A program made the translations under genes and the position numbers. Of a DNA stretch of 64,000 nt, positions 36,653-46,043 are shown one piece after another. Numbering within the stretch: the stretch's first letter is position 1; every line of letters begins with the position of its first letter. The notes under the pieces are model-generated. The model searched no databases. It saw only the letters and a program-made list of their open reading frames with translations, and was not told where the DNA came from. Source of the stretch: an uncultured Acidimicrobiaceae bacterium (GTDB lineage: Bacteria; Actinomycetota; Acidimicrobiia; Acidimicrobiales; Palsa-688); NCBI GenBank assembly GCA_963794125.1, contig CAWCCW010000009.1, forward strand, positions 1,238,007 to 1,302,006, in the 5' to 3' direction.

Positions 36653-37297
36653 CTACCCGGGCATCTTCAGGAGCTGCTGCGCTCGGACTAAGACGGTCCT
36701 ACGGCGCCGGGTGGCGGCTTCGTAGGCCGCCACGGCCGCCACTTCCTCCCGAGACAGCCCAGCCAAACGCTGGACCACCTGTGTAGCCGACAAAGAGTCA
36801 TAGCTCGGGATGGCCAGCTCACTGGCCCGGAGTTCGCCCAGAGGGGCTTGGGGGGGCCGATAGGGGGCGGCGGCGGGACTCTGGTCCGCTTCCCCCTCGA
36901 CGGCCTGGGCCGGCGCCGTCTGGGTCGGCGCCGTCTGGTTCGGCGCCGTCTGGGTCGGCGCCGCCTGGGCCGGTCCCCCGGGACCGTCATGAACGCCACC
37001 GCCGTCAGCTCCGCCCGGCGGGGCGGTGTCGGCCCCATTGATCGTGTTCGCGGTCGTCGCCGCAAAAGGGAAAACGCCCCGAGATGTGGCAAATCCCACA
37101 AAATGGTTGTAGCCCTGACGGACGGCGAACTCCCCCACCGTCCGCGCCATTCCGACTTGCGGGGCCAGCCTCGCCCGTCCCTTACGCACCAGCCCTGGCA
37201 CAGCCTCGACCACACTCAGCGCCAGTCCCACCGGTCCGTACAGCGCCAGGTCGAGGATGCGCTCCCCCACTGGCTCGTCAGCAGGGCCCGGGCTCAT
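36653..37297 (-). CDS. conserved hypothetical protein with (TAPTQ)n linker and C-terminal SAP/Rho-N-like helix
   Basis: I prefer the ATG at 37297. N-terminus ILDLALYGPVGLALSVVEAVPGLV; C-terminus IPSYDSLSATQVVQRLAGLSREEVAAVAAYE. Confidence 0.55.
   Translation of the reverse strand: MSPGPADEPVGERILDLALYGPVGLALSVVEAVPGLVRKGRARLAPQVGMARTVGEFAVRQGYNHFVGFATSRGVFPFAATTANTINGADTAPPGGADGGGVHDGPGGPAQAAPTQTAPNQTAPTQTAPAQAVEGEADQSPAAAPYRPPQAPLGELRASELAIPSYDSLSATQVVQRLAGLSREEVAAVAAYEAATRRRRTVLVRAQQLLKMPG
36896..36970 (-). repeat. 15-nt tandem repeat, about 5 units, inside CDS 36653..37297
   Basis: cggcgccgtctgggt units read directly on the + strand. They encode QTAPTQTAPNQTAPTQTAPAQ. Confidence 0.8.
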
Positions 37298-37316
37298 CTC
37301 AGGCCCGAAGCCCCTG

Positions 37317-37805
37317 TTACACGCAGTCGCGGCATAACTGGCGCTCCTCATCGGCCAGCTGGCTGCGGTTCTTGACCAGGAAACACGACTGGCATACGAA
37401 CTCTCCCGGCTGTTTCGGCAAGACCCGGGTCGCTACCTCACCTCGCTCCTCGCCTTCGGCCTCCTCCTCGTCTTCTTCTTCCTCCTCCTCGTCTTCTTCG
37501 CTCTCCGAGACGACGAGGCGCGATTTCAAGATGACGTCCAGGCTCGCTTCTACGTCGTCCCCGTCGTCGTCCTCATCCTCCTCGTACTCTTCTTCTTCCT
37601 CGGTGGCGACAAGGGCCCCGGCGTCCTCATCGGTCTCTTCGGCCCCGGTTTCGTCGGCCTCTTCGACATCGATGTCCGCTTCGTCTTCGAGGTCCTCTTC
37701 GGCTAGCTCCTCGTCATCGATCTCGAGTTCTTCTTCGTCGTCGATATCTTCCGGCTCGGGGCCGTCTTCGAGCAGCTGATCGTCGAAGTCGTCGTCGTCA
37801 GTCAT
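37317..37805 (-). CDS. DUF4193 family protein
   Basis: Extremely acidic N-terminal two-thirds, then the conserved C-terminus PGEFVCQSCFLVKNRSQLADEERQLCRDC. ATG at 37805. Confidence 0.8.
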   Translation of the reverse strand: MTDDDDFDDQLLEDGPEPEDIDDEEELEIDDEELAEEDLEDEADIDVEEADETGAEETDEDAGALVATEEEEEYEEDEDDDGDDVEASLDVILKSRLVVSESEEDEEEEEEDEEEAEGEERGEVATRVLPKQPGEFVCQSCFLVKNRSQLADEERQLCRDCV

Positions 37806-38277
37806 TGGCAGGTGTCCTTCAACCATTTCAAGCACACAGGATGGCACGTACCACGCCTTACCGGCGGGCGCATGCTAAGCGAACTACGCGAAGCTCACCA
37901 GTCGGCAAGACCGCGGCGACGTTAACGCAAGTGGAGCGACATTTATTCACAACGCCTCCGCCAGCGTGGCCAACGCCGTTCAGGACGGCCCGGGGGCCTT
38001 TGGTACCGCCAACGCACGCCCGGTAACTTTCGTACCGACAGTGCCGAAGTCGTTTTCTACTTAGCTCCCCGGGCCTCCTGGCCGAGCACTGCAGGGACGG
38101 TGCCCCGCAGGACCTCTGCGGAACATCATTGCGCACCGCGGCCCGGCCTTCAAGCGGAGTCTTCGCCCCCTGACCAGCACTTATACGCGTCCAGCCTGCT
38201 CAGCGACGTGGAAAATAAGTGAGCGCGTACCGGCTGTGCCGGCCCGCTCTCCCCCCCTCTACGGCCGGACCTGGCCC

Positions 38278-39939
38278 TTATCGCTGCTGGCCCCGCCGGC
38301 GAGCCTCGGCCCGACGCTCGGCCCCCAGGCGGCCCAAACCGTTTTCCTCGTAGTCCCCATGGTCGACGAACCCCATCATGGCGGCCACCGACCCGTGGCC
38401 GGCCTGATCGGCAATCAGGTCGTGCATCTTCTGGCACACTTTGCGGTACTCGGGGTGGCCCGCAGGCGTCGTCCGGAGCTCGAGCATGTGCATGGCCTCC
38501 CGGGCGTTCATCTGGACGCTATAGCGCACGCAGTGCCCGAGGGTCACGGCGTAGGCGGCAACAGTGCTACCGAATTGCTCCTCGAGCGCCTCGTACAGCG
38601 CCGCTGAGCGGGTCATGGCCTCCTGGTAGACCTCGGCTCCGCCCGCGGCCGCCACCGCCTCGGGCATCGAGTAGCCGAGGAACGGCGTCAGGCCTTGCCA
38701 CTCGATCGTCAGGAGGCGGTGGCGCTGGAGGTCCCGGAACGCCCCGTAGTCCGACACGACGTCGAAGCGGTACGAGCAACGCTCCAGCGCCCGCCCCGGC
38801 CTGTGCCGCCTGTTCGTTCTGTCTCCCGCGTACTTCGCCATTATTTGTTGGCGCTCCGCGCCGGTCATTTGTGAAACCCGCGCCGAAAGCTCTTCCTCGG
38901 CTAAATGAGTGAACGGGTAGAGCATGGCCGTGACGAGTTTCACCTCGGCGTCGGGGTCCCAGTCCACCAATTTCACGTCGGGCGCATTGCCCGGTGACGG
39001 GGAGGACGGTGCGACGGCCGCCTCGCCAATAACATCCTCGGCCAGGTCGGCCATGGCCGCAGCATTCTCTTCCATATACGCAGACCAGGCGCTACCCCTG
39101 TCCGCCACGTCCACTCGGCGTACCCAGGAAGGAATTACTTTGCGCAATTCCGTCAACATAAGGTCCGCATAATCGCGCGCTTCGGGTAACGGGTGCGCTC
39201 GCATTCGCAGCAATAAAGCCTCGTATCCCTGCCCGGACCCATAAATCCCAACGTTCGACGTTGCCGCAGAGGGCAAAAGCCCGCGCAAGGTGTCAAATGC
39301 CTTGGCTTTCACGGCCCGGCGGTGGGCAAAGTCGCTCACCCCGTCCGCCCTCGGGTGCCTTTGGGCGAACCATTCGTACAGGACGGGCAATAACCGGGCG
39401 TAGGCGTCGAACATCCGGTCCATGTCACCTACGTACCTGGCCCCTAGCGGCGAGGCCAGGATTTCAGGGCTCCGGTAGTAGCGGTACCGGCCGCTGGGCA
39501 ACCTCGTGTCGTAGGCGACGTACCTGGTGGATTTTTCCATATACGACATGAGCCGGCCCCGCTCGAGCACCTTGGTGAGCAGGTTCGACGCTTGCTCACA
39601 GGCCAGATGGACCCCTCCGAGCTGGGCCACGGAGTCATCGCCGTACTCGAAGAAAACCCGTTCGTACAGCTCTTCCGCCCTCGCCAAACCCACGGTGGCA
39701 TCGACGCTGTGGTCCCCGCTCACGTCGAGGTCGCGTACGAACTCGTCGAGGAACAGCCGCCGGAGGCTCTTGGCCGAACGAGAATACCGGGCAAAGAGTG
39801 CCCCTTTTACCACTTCGGGCAGATTGACCAGGGCAAAGACGGGACCCTCGAGGTTGGTGAAGTAGCGTCGCAGGATGTCAGCCTCGGCTGGCGTCCAGGT
39901 CTCTGACGCATACGGTACGTCGGGGGCGTGACGGCTCAT
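38278..39939 (-). CDS. thyX: FAD-dependent thymidylate synthase ThyX family, long (about 550-aa) form
   Basis: 553 aa with a ThyX-type RHR motif (FRDLQRHRLLTIEWQ) and an N-terminal ThyX-like segment (KGALFARYSRS). Assigned by motif recognition only. Confidence 0.55.
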   Translation of the reverse strand: MSRHAPDVPYASETWTPAEADILRRYFTNLEGPVFALVNLPEVVKGALFARYSRSAKSLRRLFLDEFVRDLDVSGDHSVDATVGLARAEELYERVFFEYGDDSVAQLGGVHLACEQASNLLTKVLERGRLMSYMEKSTRYVAYDTRLPSGRYRYYRSPEILASPLGARYVGDMDRMFDAYARLLPVLYEWFAQRHPRADGVSDFAHRRAVKAKAFDTLRGLLPSAATSNVGIYGSGQGYEALLLRMRAHPLPEARDYADLMLTELRKVIPSWVRRVDVADRGSAWSAYMEENAAAMADLAEDVIGEAAVAPSSPSPGNAPDVKLVDWDPDAEVKLVTAMLYPFTHLAEEELSARVSQMTGAERQQIMAKYAGDRTNRRHRPGRALERCSYRFDVVSDYGAFRDLQRHRLLTIEWQGLTPFLGYSMPEAVAAAGGAEVYQEAMTRSAALYEALEEQFGSTVAAYAVTLGHCVRYSVQMNAREAMHMLELRTTPAGHPEYRKVCQKMHDLIADQAGHGSVAAMMGFVDHGDYEENGLGRLGAERRAEARRRGQQR

Positions 39940-40034
39940 GCGACGTGTCAGCCTATGAGGCAGCCGGCGCTGGTTGGGGGATACTCAGCGGCCGTCAAGC
40001 CTTCCAGGTGCGACGCTGGCTGGGACCGCTACGC

Positions 40035-40745
40035 CTACTGGCCGGCGACGACGGGGCCTTCCACGATGGAGATGGCGAACCCGTCGTACCCTTTCGCGCC
40101 TACCGTCTGGAGGGCCGTGGCGGCCGCCCGGGGCAGGTCTTCTTCAGGCGCCCGGGCCATCGTCTCGAACAGCTCACGCGTGCCCACCACTGACGGGTCC
40201 GAGCTCTCCGCGTCGGCCACCTTCCCGTCCCGCACGACATTGTCCACGATGATGGCCCCACCTGGCCTGGTCAACTGGAGCGCCCATCTGTAGTAGGCCG
40301 CGTTGTTGGCCTTGTCGGCGTCGATGAAAGTGAGGTCGAAACTGGCTGGCCCCAGATCCCGAGCTACTCGGGGCAAAGACTCGAGCGCCGGCCCGACGAT
40401 GACTTCGACGGTCCCGCTGAGCCCGGCGTTGGAGATATTGGCCCGGGCTACAGCGGCGTGGTGGTGGTCCACCTCCAGGCTGATGAGCCGGCCGTCGGGC
40501 GGCGGTGGGAGGGCCCGGCCAATCCAGATGGCGCTGTACCCGCCGAGAGAGCCGATCTCGAGGACCCGGCGCGCCCCCATCAACCGGGCCAAGACATGGA
40601 GGAACTTCCCCTGGAGGGGGGAGACGCTTATGGCCGGGAGGCCGGCGTCCGCGCTCGCCCGCAACGTCGCGGTCAGGACGTCGTCGTCACCAACCAGTTG
40701 CCCTGCCAGATAGCTGTCGACTTGCTCCCAGAGCGCGTTGTCCAT
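40035..40745 (-). CDS. class I SAM-dependent O-methyltransferase (caffeoyl-CoA OMT-like)
   Basis: VLEIGSLGGYSAIWIGRAL, LISLEVDHHH and FDLTFIDADKANNAAYYRW are typical of the family. Confidence 0.85.
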   Translation of the reverse strand: MDNALWEQVDSYLAGQLVGDDDVLTATLRASADAGLPAISVSPLQGKFLHVLARLMGARRVLEIGSLGGYSAIWIGRALPPPPDGRLISLEVDHHHAAVARANISNAGLSGTVEVIVGPALESLPRVARDLGPASFDLTFIDADKANNAAYYRWALQLTRPGGAIIVDNVVRDGKVADAESSDPSVVGTRELFETMARAPEEDLPRAAATALQTVGAKGYDGFAISIVEGPVVAGQ

Positions 40746-40822
40746 GCGGCCATTGTTGCAGGAGAGGCACTGGGGCCGCCTACCCGCCTACTCCCTACCC
40801 GCCTCCCGGCCGGCGTTGCTCG

Positions 40823-41809
40823 TCAGTGCCGGAGCACGACCTTGCCGAACTGGGCACCCGACTCCAGTCTGTCCAGCGCCGCAGGGTAGTCCTCCAGCTC
40901 GAGCACATTGTCCACGACGACCGGCACCCCGTCGGCAACCAGCGCCGTCACCTCGTCGAACTCCTTGAACGTGCCCATGGTCGAGCCGATCACTTCGTGC
41001 TGGCTCAAAAACAGCCGGGCCAGGTTGACCTCGACCCCGACGCCTCCCGTGCCCCCACAGGTCACCAACCGGCCGCCAGGTTTCAGTGCTCGCATAGACA
41101 GCGACCAGGTCGGGCTGCCGGCGCTGTCCACCACCACGTCCGCCTTCACCGGTACCGGGCCGCCGTCCGAAACGAAGGCATCCAGGGCGCCGAGGCCGAT
41201 GGCTCGCTGGCACTTGGCCGGGTCACGCGACGTGGCGAACACGCGCCCGCCCAAACGATGCCCTATACCGATGGCGGCGCTGGCGACCCCACCACCGGCG
41301 CCCACGACGAGGACCGTCTCCCCCGCCGACAGACGCGCTCGGCGCAGCATACGGTACGCAGTCAAACCGCAGAGGCCGTAGGCCCCTGCCTCTTCCCACG
41401 ACAGCTGGGAGGGTTTGCGGACCAGGTTGGCCTGGCCGGCGACCACCGACTCGCCATGGCTACCCCAGTAGTGCTCGCCCATGATCCCCCACTGGGTGCA
41501 GAACACCGACCTATCCCCCAGGCACTCAGGGCAGTGGCCGCAGGCAAGCGACGGGTTGATTACCACCTCGTCGCCCACTTGCCAGCGGCTCACCCCCTCC
41601 CCCACCGCCGCCACCCGGCCGGCGCCGTCACAGCCAGGCACCATGGGGAACGTCTTCGGTTTGGGCAGGCCCTGGCGCAACCACAGGTCGAGGTGGTTGA
41701 GCGCGCTCACCGCCACGTCCACCCTCACCTCCCCGGGGCCAGGCTCGGGCAAGCTCACCTCAGTCCAGGTGTAGTCGCCCGGTGACTCGAGAAGCGCCCA
41801 AGCTCGCAT
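40823..41809 (-). CDS. zinc-binding MDR oxidoreductase (quinone oxidoreductase/ADH-like)
   Basis: 328 aa; PMVPGCDGAGRVAAVGEGV, CGHCPEC and the GAGGGVASAAIGIG Rossmann motif. Confidence 0.85.
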   Translation of the reverse strand: MRAWALLESPGDYTWTEVSLPEPGPGEVRVDVAVSALNHLDLWLRQGLPKPKTFPMVPGCDGAGRVAAVGEGVSRWQVGDEVVINPSLACGHCPECLGDRSVFCTQWGIMGEHYWGSHGESVVAGQANLVRKPSQLSWEEAGAYGLCGLTAYRMLRRARLSAGETVLVVGAGGGVASAAIGIGHRLGGRVFATSRDPAKCQRAIGLGALDAFVSDGGPVPVKADVVVDSAGSPTWSLSMRALKPGGRLVTCGGTGGVGVEVNLARLFLSQHEVIGSTMGTFKEFDEVTALVADGVPVVVDNVLELEDYPAALDRLESGAQFGKVVLRH

Positions 41810-41992
41810 CCAAACACCCTAAGGCAACTGCGGCCGGCCAAGGCCCGAAGGTGGCTCAGTCGGAGGCGTTGACCACCGAGGAAGCCGCTACTACTCCACG
41901 GAAGAGAGCGTCGGCGGCCTCCCGGGCCGCCCTGGCCGCACTCTCGTCGGGGAGGACCTCTCCCAGCTGGCGCAGAAGGTCGATGAGCTGCT

Positions 41993-44614
41993 TCATGTTC
42001 CGGACGAAATCGCCGGCCGAGATCCCGGTCGGACCGGCGGGCCAGGCCGGCCGCGACTGGCCGCGTCGGGGGGCGCCAACAGCTCCGCCAACTCCTTACC
42101 ATTGGCCCAGCCGCAGGCCAGGGCCCCAAAACCGGCGTCGGTGGCCCTGGTCCTGACCAGGCCGAAGGTCTGCTCGTCGAGGTTGAGCTGCAGGGCCACC
42201 CCTTGAATGGCCCGCCAGCGTTCCTGCAACCGCCGGGTCGGCAGGGCGGCTCCCTCGCCGTCCGCTACCGCCGGGCCACGCGGCTCGTACGTGAACACAG
42301 AGGCAAGGCCGGCCAGCTCCGCTGGTTGTAACCCGTCCAGGAGACCCCGTTCGGCACATTCGGCCACGAGAAGGTCTTGCTCGTGGTAGATGCGGGCCAG
42401 TCGGGAGCCGGCCGGGGTGAGGGACCAACCGGCCACGTAACCCCAGCGTTCGAGCAACTGGAGGACGCGGTCGAACTGGCGGGCCAGCGATTCGGTCCGC
42501 CGGACCACCTGGCCTTCCAGTCGTTCGACTTGCCCGGAGAGGCGCTCCGCGTTGGCGGCCGCCTTGAGGTGGGAGCGAGCATCGCGACAAGCGGCGACGG
42601 GGTGGGTGGCGGCCGCCTCGTCCCCTCTGCGGTGACGTTCACCGGGGAAGTGCCGGCCCGGACGGGCCTCGACCAGCGAAGAGGCGACACGGCGCTGAAA
42701 ATCACGGTTCCTCGGCGCGTACGGGACGGGCAGTTCGAGGTGGGCCACCACTCGTGGTGGCGAGTGGAAATCCTTGGGACCGAAAGAGACCAGCCGGCGA
42801 CCAGTGGTTATGGCCCGCACGTTCAAGTCGCCTTTTTTTCGCTGCCGGGTGGAAAGAACGGCCACCCTGTCATTCGTCCTGGCCCCGCCTGACTTACGCG
42901 CCGGTACCAGCAGGACGTCTCCAGGCCGCAGCCCCTCCATGGCCGCCACAATCTCAGCCGGCTTGTCTTGGCGGGGTTGGGGGCGCTGATGCGTGCCGGC
43001 GACGAGGCGCCGGTACTCGAACACGTCCCCTTTCTCACACTGCGCCTCTTTTAGCGCCCTGTCCAGCTCCTGGCGGGAGCGGGCCAGATAGCTCTCCAGG
43101 CGCACGATGTCGGCGTCCGCCCGGTACTGCGCGAATGAGAGGTTGAGCAGGTGGTGGGCCTGGAACGGTGTGCACCGGCGGACAAGGTTGGAGGCCATGT
43201 TGTAGGTAGGCCTGAAGCTCGAGGTGAGCGTATAGCTTCGGGCGCCGGCCAGGGCGGCCACCTGGTCGAAGTTGACACCTGGGGACCACATCACGACGGC
43301 GTAGCCCACCTCGTCGGTGCCCCGCCGCCCGGCCCGGCCCGTGAGCTGGGTGTACTCGCCCGGGGTGAGGGGTTCGACTCGTTCCCCGTTGAACTTGGAC
43401 AGCTTTTCGATCACGACCGAGCGAGCTGGCATGTTGATCCCGAGCGAAAGCGTCTCGGTCGCGAAGACAACCTTCACGAGCCCGGCGGCAAAGCAGTGCT
43501 CGACTGTCTCTTTGAACGGCGGGACCAGGCCGGCGTGGTGAGCAGCGAAACCGGCCTCCAGGCTCGCCAGCCACTCGCCGTACCCGAGGGCCGTCAAGTC
43601 GGCGTCAGAGAGGTGCGCCACCGCACTCTCGGCCACCTCACGGATATGACGTCGTTCCACTGAGCTCGTCAGGCGCCGGCCTTCCCGCACACACTGGCGT
43701 ACGGCCTCATCACAACCGGCCCGGCTGAAAATGAAGTAGATGGCCGGGAGCAGGCCCTCCCCGGCCAGCAACTCGACTGTCTCGGTCCGCCTCGGGGCGA
43801 ACAGCCCGCTCCGACTGGACGCCCGCCAGCCGCCCTCGACCCGTGACGTGACGGCGATACCCCGCGGGTTGGGCCGCCCGTCAACGAGCGTGGGCAGCAT
43901 TAACAGGCGCTCGCTCCGGCGCTCGCCGACCAGGAACAGGTTGTGGAGCGGGACCGGACGACGTTCCTCGATGATGGCCCGGGTCGAGCCCCGGACGGTC
44001 CCGACCCAGTCGGCCAGCTCCTCGGCATTGGAGACGGTAGCCGACAGGCACACGAGGTCGACTTCTGGGGCGAGGTGGATGATGACCTCTTCCCAGACCG
44101 GTCCCCGGTAAGGATCCTGGAGGTAATGGACCTCGTCGAGGACTACGTACCGGAGCCCGGTCAGACTGGACGAACCGGCATAGATCATGTTGCGCAGGAC
44201 TTCTGTCGTCATCACGACGACCGGGGCCTCGCCGTTGATCGCATTGTCGCCGGTGAGGAGCCCCACTTTCGACGGCCCGCAAATGCGGCTGAGGTCGGCG
44301 AACTTCTGGTTCGACAGCGCCTTCAGAGGGGTCGTATAAAAGGCCTTCGAACCCTCCGCCAGCGCCCGGGCCACGGCGTACTCCGCCACCACCGTCTTGC
44401 CCGAACCGGTCGGGGCGGCCACCACCACACTATGGCCGGCGTCAAGGGCGTCGATCGCTTCTAGCTGGAAGGCGTCGAGCTCGAACGAGTAGCCAGACAG
44501 GAACCTGTCCCGCAACGTGCCGGCCCCCGACGGCCTCTTCATTGCCTTCTTGGTGCTGACGTCCGTGTTGCCAAGATCCGTCGGGCCAAGGTCCGTGGTA
44601 ATCGCGCGGGCCAC
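41993..44614 (-). CDS. helY: DEAD/DEAH-box (Ski2-like) RNA helicase, HelY type
   Basis: 873 aa; Walker A AAPTGSGKT, the DEVH box (VLDEVHYL) and a Ski2/DSHCT-type C-terminal region. Its position after the paf genes matches mycobacterial helY. Confidence 0.85.
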   Translation of the reverse strand: MARAITTDLGPTDLGNTDVSTKKAMKRPSGAGTLRDRFLSGYSFELDAFQLEAIDALDAGHSVVVAAPTGSGKTVVAEYAVARALAEGSKAFYTTPLKALSNQKFADLSRICGPSKVGLLTGDNAINGEAPVVVMTTEVLRNMIYAGSSSLTGLRYVVLDEVHYLQDPYRGPVWEEVIIHLAPEVDLVCLSATVSNAEELADWVGTVRGSTRAIIEERRPVPLHNLFLVGERRSERLLMLPTLVDGRPNPRGIAVTSRVEGGWRASSRSGLFAPRRTETVELLAGEGLLPAIYFIFSRAGCDEAVRQCVREGRRLTSSVERRHIREVAESAVAHLSDADLTALGYGEWLASLEAGFAAHHAGLVPPFKETVEHCFAAGLVKVVFATETLSLGINMPARSVVIEKLSKFNGERVEPLTPGEYTQLTGRAGRRGTDEVGYAVVMWSPGVNFDQVAALAGARSYTLTSSFRPTYNMASNLVRRCTPFQAHHLLNLSFAQYRADADIVRLESYLARSRQELDRALKEAQCEKGDVFEYRRLVAGTHQRPQPRQDKPAEIVAAMEGLRPGDVLLVPARKSGGARTNDRVAVLSTRQRKKGDLNVRAITTGRRLVSFGPKDFHSPPRVVAHLELPVPYAPRNRDFQRRVASSLVEARPGRHFPGERHRRGDEAAATHPVAACRDARSHLKAAANAERLSGQVERLEGQVVRRTESLARQFDRVLQLLERWGYVAGWSLTPAGSRLARIYHEQDLLVAECAERGLLDGLQPAELAGLASVFTYEPRGPAVADGEGAALPTRRLQERWRAIQGVALQLNLDEQTFGLVRTRATDAGFGALACGWANGKELAELLAPPDAASRGRPGPPVRPGSRPAISSGT

Positions 44615-44746
44615 CAGACCTTTGTACCGCAGATAGGCCCTAGCGCTGTTGGACGCCCAGCCTGGCGCCCCTAAAGGACTCGAAACTGCGCAGGTCCCGG
44701 CGCCCCCCCAGCGTCGAGGAAAGGGTAGACGGCCTGGGCCCGAGGC

Positions 44747-44905
44747 TCACTTAGCGGGCCGGCGCGCTCGACGCCTGGGCGGCGGGAGCTCGACCCGGGC
44801 CGGGCGCATGCGGTTTGCTTCGCGGCGCACGGCACCCAATAAAGCGGTACCGACCGCCGCCCCCAAACCCGCCACAATCAATGGGACCGTCCAGGCCCAG
44901 CTCAC
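44747..44905 (-). CDS. possible small single-TM protein (52 aa; below the ORF-track cutoff)
   Basis: GTG at 44905 preceded by gggggag. VSWAWTVPLIVAGLGAAVGTALLGAV followed by an Arg-rich tail. It starts 19 nt downstream of the Zn-ribbon gene. Confidence 0.3.
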   Translation of the reverse strand: MSWAWTVPLIVAGLGAAVGTALLGAVRREANRMRPARVELPPPRRRARRPAK

Positions 44906-44924
44906 GTGGTTGCTCCCCCACCCG

Positions 44925-45257
44925 TCAGCGGCGTCGGCCGCCGGCGATAACTTGCTCGAACCAGCCTTCGCTGGCCAGTTCGAAATGGAAGGCCAACAAG
45001 TCGTCGTAACTGATGGCCGGGCCAGATTTCGGTTCGGACAGTTCGGCCGGGAGGTCCCAGTTGACGACCCTGACGCCGGCCGATACCAGCAGCTCTAAAA
45101 CTCGCTGCTCGGCCGGTTTGTTGACGATCAACCGGCAGCTCGGGCACACAAACGAGTACGTCCCTTCGTCAGTAGCGGTGCACACCTGCACCTGCACTTC
45201 ACGAGTCGTTAGCTCGACGTCCCCGCAACCTGAGCAACTGGCTCTGACTGTAGCCAC
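44925..45257 (-). CDS. hypothetical four-Cys Zn-ribbon protein
   Basis: 110 aa with CSGCG...CPSC. A single clean ORF with good coding look. Confidence 0.6.
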   Translation of the reverse strand: MATVRASCSGCGDVELTTREVQVQVCTATDEGTYSFVCPSCRLIVNKPAEQRVLELLVSAGVRVVNWDLPAELSEPKSGPAISYDDLLAFHFELASEGWFEQVIAGGRRR

Positions 45258-45466
45258 CTCTGCAACTCCCTCTGTCTTAACCCAATCTCTACCCGGAGCG
45301 TGGCCCTAGAAACTAGGGCACTTTCAGTGATATCGGTTTAACCGGGAAATCGCTTGAGCGTTTGGCGGCCCGAAAGAGGCACCCGGGCGCTAAGAGTTTG
45401 CTGAGACGGGGCTCTAAAGGAAACCGAGGCGGCTCGGTGGCCACATTCGCACGAACGCCCGCCCGA

Positions 45467-46033
45467 CTATGTAATTCGCCGGGAGAGGGCCCAATAGCGG
45501 GAGTCGTAGGAGTCTTTCCGATTGTCGCCCATCACGAAGTAAAAGCCCTTCGGGACCTTGTAAGGGTCGGGCAAATTGGACGTCCACGTGGTGCAGTACT
45601 CCGAGGAAGGGTTCTGCCAGCCTTTGGGCAGGTATGGCTGGGCTAGTTCCTTGCCGTTGATGTAAACCGCGCAATTGGCGACATAAATTGACTGACCAGG
45701 CAGAGCGATAACGCGCTTGATCAGGTCGTCGATACCCGGAGTGGTGTCGTTAGGGGGGCGCCGGAAGACAATCACATCACCCGTGTGGACAGGGTGGAAG
45801 TCGTACGCCAGCTTGTTGACGAGCACCCTGTCGCCCGGCAGCAGAGTCGGCTCCATCGACTGCGAGGGGATATAGAAGGCCTGTACGGCGAACGTTTTTA
45901 TGAGCAGGGCGGCGACTAGCGCCACCACCACAATGACGACCCACTCGACTAAGACGTTGCGCCGGCCGCCGGACTGGGAGGGCTTCCCTTCCGCCGACTC
46001 GCGCTCTTCCTGCTCTTGGTCGGCCAGAGTCAC
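45467..46033 (-). CDS. lepB: signal peptidase I
   Basis: PSQSMEPTLLPGDRVLV, GDVIVFRRP, IKRVIALPGQ and GDNRKDSYDSRYW are S26 peptidase boxes. Confidence 0.9.
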   Translation of the reverse strand: MTLADQEQEERESAEGKPSQSGGRRNVLVEWVVIVVVALVAALLIKTFAVQAFYIPSQSMEPTLLPGDRVLVNKLAYDFHPVHTGDVIVFRRPPNDTTPGIDDLIKRVIALPGQSIYVANCAVYINGKELAQPYLPKGWQNPSSEYCTTWTSNLPDPYKVPKGFYFVMGDNRKDSYDSRYWALSRRIT

Positions 46034-46043
46034 CTCTTAGAGG

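Noticed and set aside
44747-44905. The small TM ORF as TatA (expected between pafC and helY)
   Set aside because: It lacks the TatA signature (TM helix followed by F-G-x-x-K-L-P and an amphipathic helix). Its tail is Arg/Pro-rich instead.
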